Below are positions 58,035-64,000 of a DNA stretch of 64,000 bases, piece by piece. The stretch covers positions 4,836,001 to 4,900,000 of the forward strand of contig CATNEN010000033.1 in assembly GCA_950097015.1 (NCBI GenBank), given 5' to 3'. A model generated the notes under the pieces. The model made no database searches. It saw nothing but the letters and a program-made list of their open reading frames with translations, and was not told the origin of the DNA. The stretch is from Macrostomum hystrix. Its lineage: Eukaryota; Animalia; Platyhelminthes. The translations under genes and the position numbers were made by a program. Within the stretch, counting starts at the first letter, position 1. The number at the start of each line of letters is the position of its first letter.

Positions 58035-58659
58035 AACTTTCTAGTTTATTTATTCTAGTTTCTAGTGTCTAGTGTCTAGTGTCTAGTCTCTAGTTTCTAG
58101 TCTCTAGTCTCTAGTTTCTAGTCTCTAGTCTCTAGTTTCTAGGTCCCTTCTTGGGTGTCAGCTATTTTAGCTGTTTATTTCCACTAGTTAAACATTCAGC
58201 AAACGTGGCGATACCGCAGGGAGCAAGTTCGCGACACGGCAGGGTCTGATTGTTGTTGCTAGGGTGAGCGTATCTAGGGTGCAGCAAAATTTATTCGGAT
58301 GGAAGCACAATGTTCAGTTTCTTTAATTATCTTTTTTCTATTTTATAAGAAAACATAGCAAGACTCCATAAGGCTCCGTTGTCACGAATTCATGTGAATC
58401 GAGACGGCAACTGGAGATTATCAAATAGATTTTTTGTTAAAAATCTGTTTATCAACATTCCGATCGCATTTGGAATCCAGTTCTGTGAAGTGGAGTTTGA
58501 CGCATGCAACAACAACTGACCGAAGCGAACGAGCGCTATTGGCTGGCGTCCCACTCCAGGGCTAGCCAATCGGAGGCCTTCGTCAATGGCATTTTTCATC
58601 GCTTTCTTATTAGATGCGAATGGGTTGTGCAAGCTTCTTCACTCGCCAAACTGGAAGCC

Positions 58660-58883
58660 ATGAAGCATCTGCTCGGCCTTCTATTGTTGGTGTCAACAGC
58701 TACAGAATCAGTCACAGATTCTGGCTGCCGTCGCCGCCTACCCCAGGTGTTAATTATCGGCGCCAAGAAGGCTGGCACTCGGGCCCTGTTGGCATTCAGC
58801 GCGCTGCATCCAGCGGTGCGGGCGGCTGGCCCGGAAGTGCACTTCTTCGACAGGCACTACCGCAGCGGACTGCGCTGGTACAG
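58660..58883 (+). CDS. HS3ST: Heparan sulfate glucosamine 3-O-sulfotransferase, exon 1
   Basis: Hydrophobic N-terminus, [20 protein letters not shown] (5'-PSB loop), EVHFFD; donor AG|GTAAAT phase 2. Confidence 0.93.
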
Positions 58884-58892
58884 GTAAATCAG

Positions 58893-59404
58893 CGAACCAG
58901 GTGTTCTGGTTCGAGTTATGGTGTTCTGGTTCGAGTTAGGGTGTTCTGGTTCAAATTAGGGTGTTCCGTTTCGAGTTAAAGTGTTCTGGTTCGAGTTAGC
59001 GAGTTTCGGTTTCAGGTAGGGTGTTCCGGCTTCAGGTAGGTTGTTCCGGCTTCAGGTAGGTTGTTCCGGCTTCAGGTAGGGTGTTCTGGCTTCAGGTTGG
59101 GTGTTCCGACTTCAGGTAGGGTGTTATAGTTTCAGGTATGCTGTTCCAGTTTCAGGTAGGGTGTTCTGGCTTCAGGTAGGGTGTTCCGGCTTCAGGTAGG
59201 GTGTTCCGGCTTCAGGTAGGTTGTTCCGGCTTCAGGTAGGTTGTTCCGGCTTCAGGTAGGTTGTTCCGGCTTCAGGTAGGGTGTTCTGGCTTCAGGTAGG
59301 GTGTTATAGTTTCAGGTATTCTGTTCCAGTTTCAGGTAGGGTGTTCTGGCTTCAGGTAGGGTGTTCCGGCTTCAGGTAGGGTGTTCCGGCTTCAGGTAGG
59401 GTGT
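58893..59404. repeat. 20-bp minisatellite (GTGTTCCGGCTTCAGGTAGG), about 25 copies
   Basis: Period 20. Confidence 0.95.
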
Positions 59405-59715
59405 TGAAGACGAGAACGGAAAGAGAACAATTGGTCATAGTGAGTGTTGAGAGCGATGATAAGGATTATTTCTATAGCTTTCCACAGCCGATCCCAGTCT
59501 TGACAAGCGAAACGTGCCATTGGATTCACAATGGGTTTTTGTGTGTGTTAGTTTTTATCCCAGTGCCATTTTTAAAGTCAATGGAAAGTTGTTTAGGGCA
59601 ATTTTCCCCAACTATTTTCAGCATCAGGGAAATGTTGTCGGGCTGTTGGATGAGTCATTCGGAATCATTTTTCCTAGGTGTGCGAGTGTGATTTCGCTTA
59701 TTTGTACTTCGATAC

Positions 59716-59930
59716 GTTGAATTCGGGAATTCGTTGAATTCGGGAATTCGTTGAATTCGAGAATTCGTTGAATTCGGGAATTCGTTGAATTCGGGAATTC
59801 GTTGAATTCGGGAATTCGTTGAATTCGGGAATTCGTTGAATTCGGGAATTCGTTGAATTCGGGAATTCGTTGAATTCGGGAATTCGTTGAATTCGGGAAT
59901 TCGTTGAATTCGGGAATTCGTTGAATTCTG
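59716..59930. repeat. 17-bp minisatellite (TTGAATTCGGGAATTCG), about 12 copies
   Basis: Period 17; two GAATTC palindromes per unit. Confidence 0.96.
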
Positions 59931-60612
59931 GAATTCTACTATTCGGGTACAGTCGTGTTCTGTACGTAAAAGGGAGAAATTAACTCTTGGATTTCGGTAA
60001 CATGGCAAGTGAAAGTGGAAGCTTGAAAAGAGGAAATTGAACCTTAAATTTTTCAATATTGAGTTTGACATGCGGCTGAGTCAATGCGGGATTGCATTGA
60101 CAGCTCCACAGTCCTTCGCAGCAGCTCTTGACATCAAGCGAGTAATCAGAATGTGATTCAACTCCCCCGAGGGCCGCCTACTCGAACTGACCTGGCCTCC
60201 ATGACTCATTGGGGAAGGGGGGATTTTATTAGTGTCTAAAAGTGGAAAGCAGAATCTTAATCCCGTGGAAATTTCGCCTCAGTGAGCAGCCAGCCTCCCA
60301 AAGCAAGGTGGAGCGGCCCATCTGGCTTCCAGGGGGAGGGGCTATATTTGGGAGATTTGCAAGTGGGATCTTAGGCGGGCGGGTGGATTATCGCCAAAGC
60401 CGAGAGCTACGAGACCAGCGGCCAGCCCAGCTCGTTAGGCCTTGCGGCTGCTGATCAGATTTGACCGAGCTTCTAATCCCCGCTGAGTCAGAGTTCCCTC
60501 CCCCATCGTAGCCTATTTTTCCCATCTTCTGTGCGGTGATCATCGGCTGGCAATGAGCGGAGAATCTGGGCTTGACAAGGCGTGAAATCTATCGTTCATT
60601 TTTCACATCTAA

Positions 60613-61125
<513 letters not shown>

Positions 61126-61309
61126 TCGTTATATAGAATGAATTTAATTTTTGTGAATGAATATCATAATGGAGAATCGTTTTTCGGAAGAATCCCAACC
61201 TTGACGAATCCCCTTGGGAAAGAATCCGATTTTGGGAGAATCTATAATCGGGAGAGTGCAAAAATTGACCAATCCAAAAATGAATCTCATGAGTTTTTCT
61301 TCTCCCCAG

Positions 61310-61825
61310 GCCGCAGCCAACGCAGCCCGACGCGGCCGACCTTCACCGCGGCAGTTCGAGCAGTTGGCCTTCATCAGGCGGCCAATAGAAGACGGCCGCG
61401 TGGAGCTGGAGGTGAACGCAGCCTGGACGCCGCTGCGCATCGGTCGCTACGCTGAGCACCTGGCCCGGTGGTTGGCGGTTTTCCCCCGGCGCCAGATCCT
61501 GGTGCTGTCCGCCGAGCGGCTTGTCAGCGATCCCGGGGCTGTCCTAAAGCGGGTGCAGCGATTCCTCGGCCTGCCGATGCTGGTGACAAGGCGCCAGTTC
61601 TACTGGGATCGGCGAAAAGGCTTTCACTGCTTGAGTGGCTTGCCGCCGACATTTGGCAGCTCGAATGCGAAGCGACGGCGACAGAAGCGACACTGCCTGG
61701 CCAGCGACAAGGGTCGTCGGCATCCCAGAGTGACACCCGAGCGGCTTCGGGACCTACGACAATACTTCCGCCCGCACAATGAGCGTCTCTATCGCATGAT
61801 TGGGGAGAATTTTCACTGGGGTTAA
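61310..61825 (+). CDS. HS3ST: HS3ST exon 3; spliced product about 301 aa
   Basis: IGRYAEHLARWLAVFPRRQILVLS...KGFHCL...CLASDKGRRHP...LRQYFRPHNERLY; acceptor TTTTTCTTCTCCCCAG. Confidence 0.94.
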   Translation, partial: AAANAARRGRPSPRQFEQLAFIRRPIEDGRVELEVNAAWTPLRIGRYAEHLARWLAVFPRRQILVLSAERLVSDPGAVLKRVQRFLGLPMLVTRRQFYWDRRKGFHCLSGLPPTFGSSNAKRRRQKRHCLASDKGRRHPRVTPERLRDLRQYFRPHNERLYRMIGENFHWG

Positions 61826-63453
61826 TTTTTGAAACTTTACTTTGATTTTGGCGCCAATTTAAATCTTGCTTGGTCAATAGTGAACATATGTGATCGACTA
61901 ATCAATTTAAAAGGAAATTTTATATTCATAGTCCATAGCGTTTATTTCGCAATTCATTTTAATTCCCTGCTTTATCTGCTCAATCTGATGTACATACTAA
62001 TACAAATACACCCCGACACTTTTATTTCTATTTCAATTAGTGTAAGGGTCGGTATTACTTTACCTGTTTGTCGGTTTGCAAGATATTATATTTTTGTGAT
62101 TGCAATTATATTGCACACATATATCTTCTGAGAGTTTCGCTTTGGCGAAGTACTTTATAAAGCTCGGTTGATAATGCTATACTCTAATTTTCCACTTCAT
62201 CAGAAAATTCAATCTAATTCATGCAAAAATTTGGAAAGAATGATGGTCGGAAACACTTACAGAGTCGTAATAACGCACATAAATATTGTACATCAGTAAT
62301 TCAAGCCCAACAAAAAATACTTATTTTGCTCTCGTACGAGCCGTGATAAAGTTAACTAACTTTCAGTAAACTTTCAGTAAAATGTTCAGTACCGGAAATG
62401 ATATGTAGACTGCAGCGTTCAACAAACGCAAATGAAAATTACATTGAACGGGTTTTTGCATCGTAATGGAACTTATCCTTAAATGAAATTGTACCTTCCT
62501 TAGAATCCAAATCATTTGCTTGTACACGGCACATAAGACGGGAACAATATTTAGGCCAATTATTACTTTAAAATCTTTATTGAATCCAAGATTCTGAGCC
62601 AGATAATGCATTTTTTGGTTTGTTGATAACTTTATTTAAATATGACATCATAGGTCTAGGAATAACAAAATAAAATATTTCTGTACTTGCTTAATGTTTT
62701 TTAGTAACCCTAAGTTTTTCTGTCTCTGTCTGACAGAAATTCTTGCTACTTGGTTAATTATTTGGCCATTTAGAGACGATAAGTTGGATAAAAGCTATCT
62801 GACAAATCAGATAGGTCTATCTACTATTATAATAGGTTTTGTTAAAATTATTTAGATCCAGGTTTGTTTATTATCCAGCTAATTTGATATTTTGACTTAG
62901 TTATATAATTTATTATCACCATTTTAGAATCAAATAAATTTTTGATAGGTATTAAAATGTATAATTTTAGGTCATGCATATGTACCGTTATAAACAAGCA
63001 GCGTAAAATGGCTAGGTCCCTGTTATTAACAATGACTAAGCTAGAGTAACCTGATTATACAGCAGTAGCTACTTAACAAAATAGTAATAGTTTAAGCAAA
63101 CAAAAAGTAAGCTATTGCTATTGCCTTTTAGTTTATTTTTTGCTTATAGAAATAAAAATAATATAGAAAAACTGTACAATCAATATGACAGTATCTAGAG
63201 TTTGTCAAGAAAATAGATATGATAAATTCTAGCTGGCTATTATAATTTTATATAATATAATGTTTGCTTGACATAGTCTAGATACTGACCCTGTAATATC
63301 TATAATATACCTCACTAAGTGAAGCATGTGTATTAAAAGGCTTATGGACCAACTTTGAAAGAACAATTCTACTTAAAACTAGCTGAATAAGCATAGGCCT
63401 ATAATCGGCTTATGTAATATAACCCAAATATAAGAAACCATGGACATTGTACC

Positions 63454-64000
63454 TAGGGGTCCCAAATCCCGGACATTTTACAATCCCGGGATCCCGGACA
63501 AAAAAATGACCCAATCCCGGGATCCCGGGCCAATCCCGGGATTGAACAAACAAATTTACCGGAAGCTTTACATTGTCCAAAAAACAAATTTCTCAACCAA
63601 TTGAGCATCATTCGGGTTTCTTTCTACTTTCCAGCTTACACTGCATTGATAAAAGAGTTAAAGATAGTTCATATCACTTTTCCTTGGTCACTTATTTCTT
63701 GTTGTCACAATTGTCACATTCCTTCCTTCCATCGATGGATTCGATGCAATATATTTCCATCCATATTTCCATTTCCAAGTACATAGAATTGACATTTGAT
63801 TTGACACTATAGCAGTCAGCACGCAAGCTACTTTTTGTGGTCAGCAAAGTGGGCTCTCAGCAGGGCAAGCTTGGAGAGTGTCGTGTCGCTCAGCTTGGAC
63901 CTCACTTTCGTCAGGAGGATGCCTGCAGCGGAAAAGGCACGCTCAGCTTCGACACTGGTTGCTGGAATGGCAATCAGTGATCGGTACAGCAGCTGTAGCA
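63454..64000 (-). mobile_element. 3' end of a hAT DNA transposon
   Basis: Terminus TAGGGG at 63454, subterminal palindromic ATCCCGGGAT repeats (63464-63543), transposase C-terminus at the edge. Confidence 0.85.
63828..63998 (-). CDS. hAT transposase C-terminal dimerisation domain (partial; not in the ORF track)
   Basis: Hand translation LQLLYRSLIAIPATSVEAERAFSAAGILLTKVRSKLSDTTLSKLALLRAHFADHKK* matches the hAT PATS..ER.FS motif. Confidence 0.9.
   Translation of the reverse strand, partial: LQLLYRSLIAIPATSVEAERAFSAAGILLTKVRSKLSDTTLSKLALLRAHFADHKK

Overview
Animal genomic DNA with GC-rich exons, GT-AG introns and about 30% (roughly 19 kb, by hand count) tandem repeats. This resembles the flatworm Macrostomum, but that is inference only. 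Host genes read from the sequence: (1) a 7-EC-repeat protocadherin on the minus strand, 6 exons, about 30336 to 7635; (2) a divergent synaptotagmin-like gene (TM plus two C2 domains) on the minus strand, about 56075 to 52606; (3) a heparan sulfate 3-O-sulfotransferase on the plus strand, 3 exons, 58660-61825; (4) a 134-aa orphan ORF that may be a small heat-shock (alpha-crystallin) protein at 3387-3791. Mobile elements: a Ty3/Gypsy element cut by the left edge (5' LTR, tRNA-Leu-type PBS, gag, and pol reached by a -1 frameshift with a predicted pseudoknot); a complete, apparently intact and recent Mag-type Gypsy element (21186-25481, LTRs 256/257 identical, AGCAG TSD) in protocadherin intron 2; a 5'-truncated LINE with a 13-bp TSD; two tRNA-derived SINEs; and the 3' end of a hAT transposon at the right edge. 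More than 30 mostly unrelated mini/microsatellite arrays account for most long ORFs in the track, which are artefacts. I found no clearly new multi-gene system. The most unusual signal is that minisatellite arrays repeatedly begin within about 30 nt of splice sites, as if short introns were inflated into VNTRs.
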